A DNA stretch of 64,000 nucleotides from Flavobacteriales bacterium (GCA_965243605.1 CBDEVQ010000092.1:48208-112207), one strand, 5' to 3'. Positions 1 to 10,388 are shown, counted from the stretch's first letter. Numbers and translations are program-made. Notes: a model not told the origin generated them from the sequence alone.

Positions 1-3000
1 ATTCATCTGGAGTATTTACTGTAACCTTAAATATTACTGGGGATGCCTTATGTGGAAACGTATCCGATTCTACAACTATAGTAGATTACATTGAGGTTGG
101 AGAGTTAGAACCTCTAACACCTGTGAGTTGTAATACACCTTTTACATATAACAGTTCAGCAAAAGTAAATTATCTGAAATTAGGAGGTTTAGAGCATTAT
201 CCAAATATCAATCAAGCCCTTGTGGATTATACTTGTGCGAACGATATTAGCGTTCAAGTAGGTACAAAGATTCCATTTTACTTTACAGCCAATGGTTCTA
301 TTGATAAAATGAACATTTTTATTGATTATGATAATTCTGGAAGTTTTACCGAAAATGAAGAAGTATATAACGATTACTTATCTGGGGTTTCTGCATTCGA
401 TTCTATTGTTTTATTTACCAGTCAAACGGCAATAGAATATAATACACCATTAAGAATGCGTGTTATTTTATCCGAAAATGAAACGTCTGATGGGTGTAGT
501 CAAATAGGCGTAACTGGATCTTCTATTGGTCAACAATTAGATTATAGAATTACATTATTAGAAAATGAAAACCCACCAATTGCGGACCTTAGTTTTGTTG
601 ATTTAAGTCCTAATAATGGTGCTCAATTCACAATTAACGACACCATTCAATTTTTAGATATTTCTCAAAATTTACCAGAAAACTATTATTGGGAGTTTCC
701 AGGAGGAGAACCTTTAACAAGTACGGAGGAAAATCCTAAAGTTACCTATAGTAATCCAGGGTTTTATGGCGCAAATTTAAAGGTGGATAACAGTTTTGGT
801 GTAGATTCAATTGCCAAAACTCACCTTTTCCAAGTCACTAATAACATCAATATCTGTGAAACATCCAGTTCTAATGTAACGGCCGGAACGCTTTTTGACT
901 CTGGAGGACCATTATGGAACTATGATGATAATGAAAATTGTTCTTTTTTAATAGATCCAGGGTGTGCGGAATCAATTACATTATCGTTTTCTAGTTTCCA
1001 TACCAGAAACTATTACGATTATATTCGAGTATATGATGGAGCGGATAATACAGGAATATTAATCCTTGAACATTCTGGGGCAATCCTACCAGGTGATGCG
1101 ATTGCATTAAGTGGTAAAATGTATATTGAATTTACATCTGGACCTTATTATACAAACTATAGTGGTTGGGTAGCCAATTGGTACTCTACTGTACCTAGTA
1201 CGACACCTGTAGCTGATTTTACAACCATTGATACGATCTTTCCTTTAAATTATCCAATCCATTTTTCAGAATCGGCATCATCTCATATACAACTTATGGA
1301 TTGGGATTTTGGAGATGGAACAACCTCTCAAGAATTTAATCCGACCCATCAATATACGACTCAAGGTTTAAAAGAAATTACTTTGTCTGTTTATAATTGC
1401 TTTGAGTACGATACCATTACAAAGTATATTTACATTGACGCGTCGCCACAAATTGAAATTATTCAAGATACAATACAGGTTGATATTCATTGTGCAACAG
1501 ATACAACCGTTTCGTTTGACGTTACCAATACGGATGGGGGTGACTTGTATTTTGAAGCCCATTCCAATAATTCAATAACAGATACTTTAAGTGTTTTAAT
1601 ATTGGCAAATGGTATGAACCAGAGTTGCTTAGATACAATTGCAAGTTATGTTACAGAAAATATTGAAAAATCTCAAATAGAATTTAAAGTATGTTCTACA
1701 GCTGCAGAAATAGAGCTTGGTTTAGCAGATAAAGATCTTGTGATTTTACCGCGTATTTATATTAATGGCTCAGTTAAATCGGCATTAAGTTTAGAATTAA
1801 ATGAATTTGTGAACGATGGACGTCGTGTTTTAATGCTTGGTTCAGATTGGGATGATGTTATGCACTCAACGTCTACCTATTCTTATAGTAGTAATTCAGT
1901 AATTCCAGTAGTTATTAATGAACACCCCATCATAGATTCTATTCCAATTATTGGTGGAAATGGTTATAAGTATGCTAAAAACTTTACACACCCAGATTAT
2001 TTCTCAATATTAGAACATGAAGTGGTTTGGTACGCTGGTAAAGATTTAGTTGGAATTTTACCAAAAGGAGATGGAGAGGTTTATTATTTAGGATATGAAT
2101 ATAATTGCAATTTTTTTCCGAGCGCATCAGATTATGCTAAAACTATGTTTAATTCGACTATAAATTACATTTATAGAGAAGTTGTTCCTACATGGTTAAA
2201 TGTAGATGAACCTTATCAATTATTGGGACTAAATGATACAACAACAGTCTTTTTTGATATCAATACTGCTGGAATGTACGAAGGACATCACTTCGATTCT
2301 ATACAGGTTTATTCAAACGATTCGGCAAACCCAGTTACTCAAGTATTTGTGGATGTAAATATAGAATCCGCTTATGATTTACAAACGATTGACACCTTAA
2401 ATTTGGCATCAATATATCAATTTGGGACCGTGTCGGATAGTTTCGAGATATCGAATAACGCCTGTGAAACGATTGTGTTTGACTCCATAACCTTTGATCA
2501 TACCAATGTTACTATCTCACAATCTTCAGACAGTATATTAGGCTATGAAGAACATACTTTTGTTTTAACGTATTCTAGTGATTCGAGTGAGGTCATACAT
2601 GAACATATAAAATTTTATTACGATGGACAGGTTAAAGACATTTTAATACTGGCCGAATGTATACCAGCGGCTATTTTAACGTATTCACCACCAACAATTA
2701 TAGATTCGGTACAGCAATGTAATGACTCTGTTATTACAACCTTCACTCTATACAATTTAGGAGAAAACCCTTTGTCAGGAACTCTATTAAGAGAAGATTC
2801 TTTGTCTGTTTTTGAAGGTGCTGGTCTGAAATTCTTTGAAGGTTTCGAGTCAACATATACAAACCACTGGCTTCAAACAGCACCAAATACGTTTAACACC
2901 CTATTAGATCCTTCAATTAACTCGAACGTTCTTCATGTAAATTATCCAACCAATAGTAACCAAACCTTGTATAGGCCAATTGAAGAAAATGCAATTGACT

Positions 3001-6000
3001 ATATTGCTTTTACAATGAATAGAAGCTATTCTCAAGCAACAAATGCAAAGTTGAGTATTGGGTCTGGAGGAGCAACACCTACCGCTGGAATATGTGAAAT
3101 TCAATTTAGAAATGGACAAACGCGTTTTCGTTTTGGTGGAGGTAATTATAGAAATTATTATACGAATACCTCCATTTATTACCATGTAGAATTTAAGAAT
3201 ATCAACTACGAATTAAAAACATTCGATTTATATATAAACGAAAATCTTTTAGAATCTAATGTGTCATTTTTTGATGAATCCGTAGTCAATAATCAAATTG
3301 CTTTAGAATCAGGAACCACGTTAAGTTCATCTAGACGTTTGTATATAGATGATATTAAAGTGGGGAATTTTCAGAATTCATTTTGGATGAACTCAGTAGA
3401 TACCATACAGATTAATCCTGGTGACTCACAGCAAATAGAATTAACCTTACTATCGGAAGGGTTAAATGAAGGATGGTATAATGGATATATTAGCTTTAAT
3501 ACCAATGCGATTAATTTTGACGATAGTATAAACGTTCAGTTTAAAGTTACGGGAGATCCTGTTTTAGAAATTCCGAATCTTTGGAAAAGTTTAGAAAGTG
3601 TTCAACAATACGATACAAAACGAGATAGTGTTATTGTTTATAACACCGGATGTAGTGAATTAGAAATTACATCCATCGCCAATCTACGTTCAGAATATAC
3701 CCTTAGTTATAGTTCTAATTTGGTACCACCAGATGATAGTGCTTGGGTATATATAGATTTTGCACCGCTTACGGTTGATATATTTGAAGATACCATTACA
3801 GTTTATACGAATAACAATACCAGCTATTTTTATCTGACTGGAGAAAGTGATGGACTTGCCATTTTACATTTAGATGCTTATAATACGGTATTAACGGGGA
3901 GTGAATGTGATGGAGAACAATCTATAGAACTGGACATTCATAACTTGGGAAGTATACCATTACTTACTGAAATTAATAAAATCACCCGTTTTACGGATAA
4001 TTTTGAATCCAACATAATATCTTCATTTTGGGAATATTCAGATGGTATAGAAGTAGGAGCAGGATGTGGAACCATTGCTGGTCAAAATTCACTAATATTT
4101 AATGGTGGTGGTATTCGTGTTTTAGAATCTAAAACTATTAGAATTACGGAGGAAACGGTTTTTAGCTACAAGGTAAAATCTGGTGATGAAGAATGTAATA
4201 CACCGTCTGGTTCTATGTACTTTAAATTGTATTATTCTTTAGATAATGGAGTAAACTGGATTCTTCATCAACAGTTTTACCCGTATGCATCTTCTGTTAA
4301 TCCTGTTAATATAACTGAAACGTTTAGTGATGATATGCTAAACAAACCAATCCGATTTAAATTTGAACAAGATAACCATGACGGAAATCAAACGGATATT
4401 TGGATGTTGGATGATGTTCGTATTATAGATTATTCGAGTGCGTTAGGAGATATTTCGGTTTTACCAGGAGATTCTTTAAACTTTACAACATCTGTTAATT
4501 ATTCCGATTTTAGTAATGGATTGAATATATTAAAATACAGTTTGGAGTCTAATGACCCGATTAATCCAATACAAACTTATATATGTTCGTTATATGTTAA
4601 TGCACCACCATGTGCTAACTTTACACCAGAGCTATCTACACCATGTAGCGGAACAGTTAATATGAACGCCTTTTATAGAAATCTACCAAGTACGGTAACG
4701 TGGGAGTTTGGAGATGCATCAAACTCAATTGATACTTACCCTGTTCATGAATACGAGTCGAGTGGAACGCATACCATAACCATGTATGCTTGTAATGCCA
4801 ATGGGTGTGATACCATAGTGAAATCTATACAGGTATTAGAAATTATTGGAGCACGTAGTAATGCCTGTATTCCAACCGCAACTTTAACTGCTATTGGGGA
4901 TGTTGTAGAATTTAAACTGGGTAATATTTTTAATGAAACCACTTCTAATGGATTTAACCATGAAGATTTTACATGTACCGATACCACAACATTAATACCT
5001 GGTGCAGATTATAAATTCGAAATAAAAACCGCAAAGGCTTCAAACAAACATATTGCCATTTGGTTAGACCTTAATAATGATGGAACCTTCCAAGACAGTG
5101 AGTTGTTGTATGATAAACCTCAAATTACAACCCCTTTAGTAGATTCTATTTTTATTCCTATTACGGCCGAAAGAGAAAAGCCGCTTAGGTTAAGGGTAAT
5201 GAGCGATAGAAGGAATGCTCAGGTAACACCTTGTATGGGACTAGAGGCGCAATATGAAGATTATTCCGTTTACGTTAGTAATTCCAAAATTATTCCTGAA
5301 CCAAGGTTTTCATATGTTGAAACGGATTTGTGTTTAGGTACATTTGAATTTAATAACACCTCGTATTATACTCCAGACACCTATTATTGGAATTTTGGAG
5401 ATGGAACGTATTCTAATGAAGAAAATCCAATCCATACGTTTGGAGATCGAAAGCCATATAATGTAAGTTTAACGGTTGGAAATTCTGTTGGAAACAAAAC
5501 CTTAACTCAACAAATTACACCAAATAGACCAAGTAGCCAAGTTGAGGTAATTGCTAAGGATTTGTCCGTTAATAATCCAATCGTTTTTTCTGTAGATTCT
5601 TCGGAATTCACAGATGCTATATGGGATTTTAATACAGGTAATACGTATACAGGGTTACAAGTTTCTGTTAATCTTCCAATAGCTAAAGTATACCCATATA
5701 GCATACAACTTATGCATGTTACGGGTTGTGAACAATTGTATAAAGATACGTTTGATTTAAGTGTGGTTAACGAGACGTTTTTACCCTTATACCCAAATCC
5801 AAATTCGGGAACGTTTACAGTAGAGGCACCAATCAAAGATTATTATGTTTTTGACTCGATGGGGAATGAAGTGTATAGATTTATTGGAGATACGTACATT
5901 TCCAATCAAATTGTACGCTTAAATCATTTAGCGGATGGTCAATATATCATAAAAGCAAAATTAGAGAACCAACAAACCCGAATGGCTAAAATAACCATAA

Positions 6001-6008
6001 TTAAGTAG
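1..6008 (+). CDS. Giant multidomain secreted protein, 5'-truncated by the window edge (PKD repeats, CUB-like module, two GEVED-like modules, T9SS C-terminal sorting domain)
   Basis: The frame of ORF 123..6008 stays open back to base 3 (SSGVFTVTLNITGDALCGNVSDSTTIVDYIEV, which looks like the end of a PKD module). The GTG at 123 is therefore not the true start. Four W(D/E/N)FGDG..NP.H.Y PKD signatures are present. There is a CUB-like block, TAGTLFDSGGP...YIRVYDGADNTG. Two GEVED-like ends are present (QQLDYRITL; AQYEDYSVYV). The C-terminus is LYPNPNSGTFTV...GQYIIKAKL...KITIIK. Confidence 0.9.
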   Translation, partial: SSGVFTVTLNITGDALCGNVSDSTTIVDYIEVGELEPLTPVSCNTPFTYNSSAKVNYLKLGGLEHYPNINQALVDYTCANDISVQVGTKIPFYFTANGSIDKMNIFIDYDNSGSFTENEEVYNDYLSGVSAFDSIVLFTSQTAIEYNTPLRMRVILSENETSDGCSQIGVTGSSIGQQLDYRITLLENENPPIADLSFVDLSPNNGAQFTINDTIQFLDISQNLPENYYWEFPGGEPLTSTEENPKVTYSNPGFYGANLKVDNSFGVDSIAKTHLFQVTNNINICETSSSNVTAGTLFDSGGPLWNYDDNENCSFLIDPGCAESITLSFSSFHTRNYYDYIRVYDGADNTGILILEHSGAILPGDAIALSGKMYIEFTSGPYYTNYSGWVANWYSTVPSTTPVADFTTIDTIFPLNYPIHFSESASSHIQLMDWDFGDGTTSQEFNPTHQYTTQGLKEITLSVYNCFEYDTITKYIYIDASPQIEIIQDTIQVDIHCATDTTVSFDVTNTDGGDLYFEAHSNNSITDTLSVLILANGMNQSCLDTIASYVTENIEKSQIEFKVCSTAAEIELGLADKDLVILPRIYINGSVKSALSLELNEFVNDGRRVLMLGSDWDDVMHSTSTYSYSSNSVIPVVINEHPIIDSIPIIGGNGYKYAKNFTHPDYFSILEHEVVWYAGKDLVGILPKGDGEVYYLGYEYNCNFFPSASDYAKTMFNSTINYIYREVVPTWLNVDEPYQLLGLNDTTTVFFDINTAGMYEGHHFDSIQVYSNDSANPVTQVFVDVNIESAYDLQTIDTLNLASIYQFGTVSDSFEISNNACETIVFDSITFDHTNVTISQSSDSILGYEEHTFVLTYSSDSSEVIHEHIKFYYDGQVKDILILAECIPAAILTYSPPTIIDSVQQCNDSVITTFTLYNLGENPLSGTLLREDSLSVFEGAGLKFFEGFESTYTNHWLQTAPNTFNTLLDPSINSNVLHVNYPTNSNQTLYRPIEENAIDYIAFTMNRSYSQATNAKLSIGSGGATPTAGICEIQFRNGQTRFRFGGGNYRNYYTNTSIYYHVEFKNINYELKTFDLYINENLLESNVSFFDESVVNNQIALESGTTLSSSRRLYIDDIKVGNFQNSFWMNSVDTIQINPGDSQQIELTLLSEGLNEGWYNGYISFNTNAINFDDSINVQFKVTGDPVLEIPNLWKSLESVQQYDTKRDSVIVYNTGCSELEITSIANLRSEYTLSYSSNLVPPDDSAWVYIDFAPLTVDIFEDTITVYTNNNTSYFYLTGESDGLAILHLDAYNTVLTGSECDGEQSIELDIHNLGSIPLLTEINKITRFTDNFESNIISSFWEYSDGIEVGAGCGTIAGQNSLIFNGGGIRVLESKTIRITEETVFSYKVKSGDEECNTPSGSMYFKLYYSLDNGVNWILHQQFYPYASSVNPVNITETFSDDMLNKPIRFKFEQDNHDGNQTDIWMLDDVRIIDYSSALGDISVLPGDSLNFTTSVNYSDFSNGLNILKYSLESNDPINPIQTYICSLYVNAPPCANFTPELSTPCSGTVNMNAFYRNLPSTVTWEFGDASNSIDTYPVHEYESSGTHTITMYACNANGCDTIVKSIQVLEIIGARSNACIPTATLTAIGDVVEFKLGNIFNETTSNGFNHEDFTCTDTTTLIPGADYKFEIKTAKASNKHIAIWLDLNNDGTFQDSELLYDKPQITTPLVDSIFIPITAEREKPLRLRVMSDRRNAQVTPCMGLEAQYEDYSVYVSNSKIIPEPRFSYVETDLCLGTFEFNNTSYYTPDTYYWNFGDGTYSNEENPIHTFGDRKPYNVSLTVGNSVGNKTLTQQITPNRPSSQVEVIAKDLSVNNPIVFSVDSSEFTDAIWDFNTGNTYTGLQVSVNLPIAKVYPYSIQLMHVTGCEQLYKDTFDLSVVNETFLPLYPNPNSGTFTVEAPIKDYYVFDSMGNEVYRFIGDTYISNQIVRLNHLADGQYIIKAKLENQQTRMAKITIIK

Positions 6009-6065
6009 GTTATTGCCTAAGGAATACGCTTAATAACGTTAGATATATTTCTAACAAATTAATTA

Positions 6066-6104
6066 TAGACCAGCTACCAATAGGGAGCTGGTCTATTTTG
6101 TTTT
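6066..6104 (+). terminator. Rho-independent terminator after the giant gene
   Basis: TAGACCAGCT-accaataggg-AGCTGGTCTA gives a 10-bp perfect stem, followed by TTTTGTTTT, 58 nt after the stop at 6008. Confidence 0.75.
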
Positions 6105-6407
6105 ACTTGGGTAGATGTTGCATATAATTTACGTTGTGTTTTGTATTAATTACTTAGTAGTTAAGTATGTGTGTTTATTACATCGATCTGTTTATTAAGC
6201 GTGTTAATCGAATAATAACAACCAATAGTCCAAAAATGTATAGATCATAGATGGCTAATAATATCTTTGAAACAGTGAGAATAATTAGCTAAATTATTCT
6301 TCTAAAATTTTATTAAGTAAATATTATAGCCAGAGTGCATTATTGCTTCTATGGCAGCTATTATACCTGTATTTCTATTTTAATTCAGTGCTTTAAGACG
6401 ATCTGAA

Positions 6408-6524
6408 TTAAGCGGCAATGTAAAATCCGGAGAAATAAATCTTTCAAACTTCCCAAGTGGACTGTATAGCATTCAATTTAAAGATGCCACTATGGTTAGA
6501 TCTATAAAATTTGTATTAAATTAA
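6408..6524 (+). pseudogene. Orphan 3' fragment of an array gene (last ~38 codons of the alpha-type CTD plus stop) at the left edge of the array
   Basis: It reads LSGNVKSGEINLSNFPSGLYSIQFKDATMVRSIKFVLN*. The canonical 17-nt spacer ttaacaattagagcgtt and the A1 ATG follow. No upstream coding part and no start codon are present. Confidence 0.85.
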
Positions 6525-6541
6525 TTAACAATTAGAGCGTT

Positions 6542-8461
6542 ATGAGAATACTAACCATATTAAGTTATTTATTTTATTTATGTATTAGTTTGAATGGGAA
6601 TAGCCAAACCATCACGGTTCAGAATTTAGACGATTCAGGAATAGGTTCTCTGCGTAATGCTATTTCTAATGCCAATTCAGGCGATACCATACGTTTTAAT
6701 CCCATGTTAATTGCTCAAGGGAGTGATACTTTGGTACTAGATACAGTAATAAATATTGATAAAGATTTGGTAATAAATGGACTTTATGATAGCGAGGATA
6801 CCTTGTTTTTGTCTTCTAAAACAAATAGAAGTATATTCTTTGTTGATTCTGTAGATAATATATTGCTTGATAGCCTTTGTTTGTTAGCAGATACAAGTGA
6901 TAATATTGACCCCTATATCACTTATTTTGTTTATTCAAATGTATTAGTTTCAAATTGTTTTTTTAAAGGGTACACCAAAATTATTTTACATACTTGGCAG
7001 TCAAATTTGACCATTGTTGGTTCGATGGTTTTGGGATTACATTCTCCACAATCATTTCCTAAAATAAGTTATGCAACGCAAGGTGATATTTTTAGAGAAT
7101 GTAATATAACGAATTCGGTGTTTAAGTTAGAAAATTCAAATAGCACAGGTTTCTATATAGAAACTGGAGGTAATAAGATAAATAACAACATACATATAGA
7201 AAATTCTTACTTTTCAAATTTCAAAACACTAATTTATGGTCTTAATACTGTAAATGTTGTAAAGAATACATTTAATAATTCTTTGATTAAGACAGGTGAA
7301 CCCAATAGAGGTTTTTATACCAGAAATATTGCATTAACTGTAAAAGCTTCAACCTTTACTATTACAGATAGTAACAGAGTACAAAATACAATTTTAAGCA
7401 TAGGAACGCCTTACGGACCTATTGAGCCAATTCCACTAGATACTATTAAGTTAAATTTTACAAATTGTACATTTAATGGAGGTCTTTATGAAGATACTCT
7501 TTATGGGAGCTTTACTGATAGTAATTATTTGGATTACTTCGGTCCAGACTTAGATGAGCTAAAAATAACAAGTTGTATTTTTAATGATATTAACGGATTT
7601 AACGAATTGCCTATAGACTCTTCAGGAGGATATAATCTATTTAGTTTTCCTCAAAATATTGGCTTAGATTCAACAGACCAAACCAATGTTCTGGTGTCTG
7701 ATATTAACTTGGGACCCTTACAAAACAATGGAGGGTATACACCTACACATCTACCAAACTACCAATCTTTAGCGTTTAATTCGGGTAATCCGAACGATAC
7801 AAGCTCAGCCCAAAACGGAGCCATCATACAACGCCGAGATATTGGGTCAGCAGAAATACAAGCTGTCCTAACCATAGACACAACAGAGCATTGCGGTACA
7901 TCCTATAATTGGCGAGCAGACACCCTTACCGAAACAGATATTCATTTTGATTTTGAAGAATCTACTACAGGAGGGCACGATAGTGTTTTTGCTTTAGATT
8001 TAACCTTAGATTACATGGATGCTCTAGCTATTAGCGATGGTGGAGCCTTACAAGCCAATATCACTGATGCAAGCTATCAATGGATAGATTGTTCAACCCA
8101 TTTACCATTGTTTGGCGAAACCAACCAAACCCTTACACCCAATATAGCGGGAACCTATGCCGTTGTTGTTTCCAATGGAATTTGTACCGATACTTCGGCC
8201 TGTGTATTTATCGATAATTTGAGTGTAGAAGAGCATAACCCAAACCTTCCTCTTATTAGAGTAACCAACCAAACCATATTCTTTAATCCAAGCAATTCTC
8301 TATTATCCCATTATATAATTTACAATAGTCAAGGACAATCCGTTGTAAGCGGCAACGTAAAATCTGGAGAAATAAACCTTTCAAACTTCCCAAGTGGACT
8401 GTATAGCATTCAATTTAAAGATGCCACTATGGTTAGATCTATAAAATTTGTATTAAATTAA
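6542..8461 (+). CDS. Array copy A1: T9SS-targeted right-handed beta-helix family protein (signal a, core class I, hybrid CTD)
   Basis: 639 aa. Signal peptide MRILTILSYLFYLCISLNGNSQ. N-cap TITVQNLDDSGIGSLRNAISNANSGDTIRFNP (CSLREA-like). C-cap LGPLQNNGGYTPTHL...QRRDIGSAEIQ (choice-of-anchor-Q-like). The first half of the CTD is unique (HNPNLPLIRVTNQTIFF...); the second half is alpha type. The core is unique apart from a tail shared with A6 (PLDT(I/L)KLNFTNCTFNGGLYEDTLYG). Confidence 0.9.
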   Translation: MRILTILSYLFYLCISLNGNSQTITVQNLDDSGIGSLRNAISNANSGDTIRFNPMLIAQGSDTLVLDTVINIDKDLVINGLYDSEDTLFLSSKTNRSIFFVDSVDNILLDSLCLLADTSDNIDPYITYFVYSNVLVSNCFFKGYTKIILHTWQSNLTIVGSMVLGLHSPQSFPKISYATQGDIFRECNITNSVFKLENSNSTGFYIETGGNKINNNIHIENSYFSNFKTLIYGLNTVNVVKNTFNNSLIKTGEPNRGFYTRNIALTVKASTFTITDSNRVQNTILSIGTPYGPIEPIPLDTIKLNFTNCTFNGGLYEDTLYGSFTDSNYLDYFGPDLDELKITSCIFNDINGFNELPIDSSGGYNLFSFPQNIGLDSTDQTNVLVSDINLGPLQNNGGYTPTHLPNYQSLAFNSGNPNDTSSAQNGAIIQRRDIGSAEIQAVLTIDTTEHCGTSYNWRADTLTETDIHFDFEESTTGGHDSVFALDLTLDYMDALAISDGGALQANITDASYQWIDCSTHLPLFGETNQTLTPNIAGTYAVVVSNGICTDTSACVFIDNLSVEEHNPNLPLIRVTNQTIFFNPSNSLLSHYIIYNSQGQSVVSGNVKSGEINLSNFPSGLYSIQFKDATMVRSIKFVLN

Positions 8462-8478
8462 TTAACAATTAGAGCGTT

Positions 8479-10371
8479 ATGAGAATACTAACCATATTAA
8501 GTTATTTATTTTGTTTATGTATTAGTTTGAATGGGAATAGCCAAACTATAACTGTTCAGAATTTAGACGATTCAGGGATTGGTTCTCTGCGTGATGCTAT
8601 TTCTAATGCCAATTCAGGCGATACCATACGTTTTAATCCAATGTTACTATCACAAGGGAGTGATACCTTGGTGTTAGATACAGTAATTAATATTGATAAA
8701 GATTTAGTGATAAAAGGGCTTTATGATGATGAGGATACGTTGTTTTTGTCTGTGTCAGACAATCAGTCATTCTTCCTTGTTGATACTGTTGAAAGTTTTA
8801 CGCTTGATAGTGTTGTTTTAATATCGTCAATAAATAATACTCCAAGTACATGGATTATAGTTTTTGAATCATTAATTAATATAGATAATTCTATTTTTAG
8901 AGGAGCTAAAAGTACTGTATTGATGTTATCAGAATCTCCATTTATAATACAAAATAGTTTTTTTTCTATAAACAATTTTCTAGTTTTTGGAGGAACACCC
9001 AATATTATTACTTGCGGATTTAATACAGATAAATTAAGGACAATAAGAATAGAATCTACTATATTTCAGGTTATTGGTGCTTCAAATGGACTTGATGTGA
9101 GATTTACAAGTAATCAGGATAGTAATAATGTAATAATTAGGAATTGTTATCTTAATAATTTTAGGAGTTTGTTATTTGGCCATTTTCGTGTAGAAATAAT
9201 AAATAGTACTTTTAATAACTCTCCTTTTGATATTGGTCACCCAATGATATCAGGGGGTATTCCTGAAAGAAATGCTTTTATTTTGGCTAACACTTCGACT
9301 TTTTCTTTAACTGATATTGGATATTTACAAAACCCTATCTCTTGTATAGGTTCACCAACAAACCCTTTTGATCCACCTCCTTCAGATATATTTGAATTAC
9401 AATTTAATAATTGCACTTTCAATGGAGGAACTTATGACAGCAATTCCTATGAAGATTACTTCGGTCCAGACTTAGATGAGCTAAAAATAACAAGTTGTAT
9501 TTTTAATGATATTAACGGATTTAACGAATTGCCTATAGACTCATCAGGAGGCTATAACTTATTTAGTTTTCCTCAAAGCATAGGTTTAGATTCAACAGAC
9601 CAAACCAATGTTCTGGTGTCTGATGTCAACTTAGGACCATTACAAAACAACGGAGGGTTTACACCAATACATCTACCAAACTACCAATCTTTAGCGTTTA
9701 ATTCGGGTAATCCGAACGATACAAGCTCTGCTCAAAATGGAGCCATTATACAACGCCGAGATATTGGGGCAGCAGAAATACAAGCTGTCCTAACCATAGA
9801 CACAACAGAGTATTGCGGTACATCCTATAATTGGCGAGCAGACACCCTTACTGAAACAGATATTCATTTTGATATTGAAGAGTCTACCAATGGTGGATAC
9901 GATAGTGTTTTTGCTTTAGATTTAACCTTAGATTACATGGATGCTCTAGCCATTAGCGATGGTGGAGCCTTACAAGCCAATATTTCTGATGCAACATACC
10001 AATGGATGGATTGTTCAACCCATTTACCATTGTTTGGCGAAACCAACCAAACCTTTACACCCAGTATAGCGGGAACCTATGCGGTTGTTGTTTCCAATGG
10101 AATTTGTACCGATACTTCGGCCTGTGTATTTATCGATAATTTGAGTGTAGAAGAGCAGGTGCAATCCTTTGTATTTGTAAAGAATCATGTTTTGTATTTT
10201 AACGGGTTAGAAAATGCAGAGTTTAACATCTATAATAGCCTTGGGCAGAATATTTTAAGCGGCAATGTAAAATCCGGAGAAATAGACCTTTCAAACTTCC
10301 CAAGTGGACTGTATAGCATTCAATTTAAAGATGCCACTATGGTTAGATCTATAAAATTTGTATTAAATTAA
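8479..10371 (+). CDS. Array copy A2 (signal a, core class II, CTD alpha)
   Basis: 630 aa with the same architecture. The core is homologous to B4 (both begin LSVSDNQSFFLVDTVESFTLDS). The last ~305 aa are identical to A3. Confidence 0.9.
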   Translation: MRILTILSYLFCLCISLNGNSQTITVQNLDDSGIGSLRDAISNANSGDTIRFNPMLLSQGSDTLVLDTVINIDKDLVIKGLYDDEDTLFLSVSDNQSFFLVDTVESFTLDSVVLISSINNTPSTWIIVFESLINIDNSIFRGAKSTVLMLSESPFIIQNSFFSINNFLVFGGTPNIITCGFNTDKLRTIRIESTIFQVIGASNGLDVRFTSNQDSNNVIIRNCYLNNFRSLLFGHFRVEIINSTFNNSPFDIGHPMISGGIPERNAFILANTSTFSLTDIGYLQNPISCIGSPTNPFDPPPSDIFELQFNNCTFNGGTYDSNSYEDYFGPDLDELKITSCIFNDINGFNELPIDSSGGYNLFSFPQSIGLDSTDQTNVLVSDVNLGPLQNNGGFTPIHLPNYQSLAFNSGNPNDTSSAQNGAIIQRRDIGAAEIQAVLTIDTTEYCGTSYNWRADTLTETDIHFDIEESTNGGYDSVFALDLTLDYMDALAISDGGALQANISDATYQWMDCSTHLPLFGETNQTFTPSIAGTYAVVVSNGICTDTSACVFIDNLSVEEQVQSFVFVKNHVLYFNGLENAEFNIYNSLGQNILSGNVKSGEIDLSNFPSGLYSIQFKDATMVRSIKFVLN

Positions 10372-10388
10372 TTAACAATTAGAGCGTT

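Noticed and set aside
1368-5836. Antisense and overlapping ORFs inside the giant gene (1368..1562, 2913..3185, 4745..4987, 5507..5836). Similar ORFs occur elsewhere: 8763..9002, 9237..9422, 14604..14952, 18677..19346, 22385..22597, 24406..24669, 28257..28520, 30178..30381, 36007..36213, 37090..38378, 39889..41327, 41953..42141, 44543..44779, 48360..48566, 48732..49088, 49405..49674, 50974..51171, 51302..51487, 53659..53892, 55212..55556, 57140..57349, 57522..57788
   Set aside because: Each lies wholly within, or antisense to, a much longer and motif-supported gene. They have low-complexity AT-rich-frame compositions and no recognisable motifs. The duplicated ones are duplicated only because the sense DNA is.
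6009-6541. Invertible promoter or shufflon control of the array
   Set aside because: All copies are on the same strand. No site-specific recombinase gene is present. The only inverted repeat of note (AGAATAATT-agcta-AATTATTCT, about 6279..6301) is a short local hairpin, not a pair of inverted repeats bracketing a promoter-sized segment.
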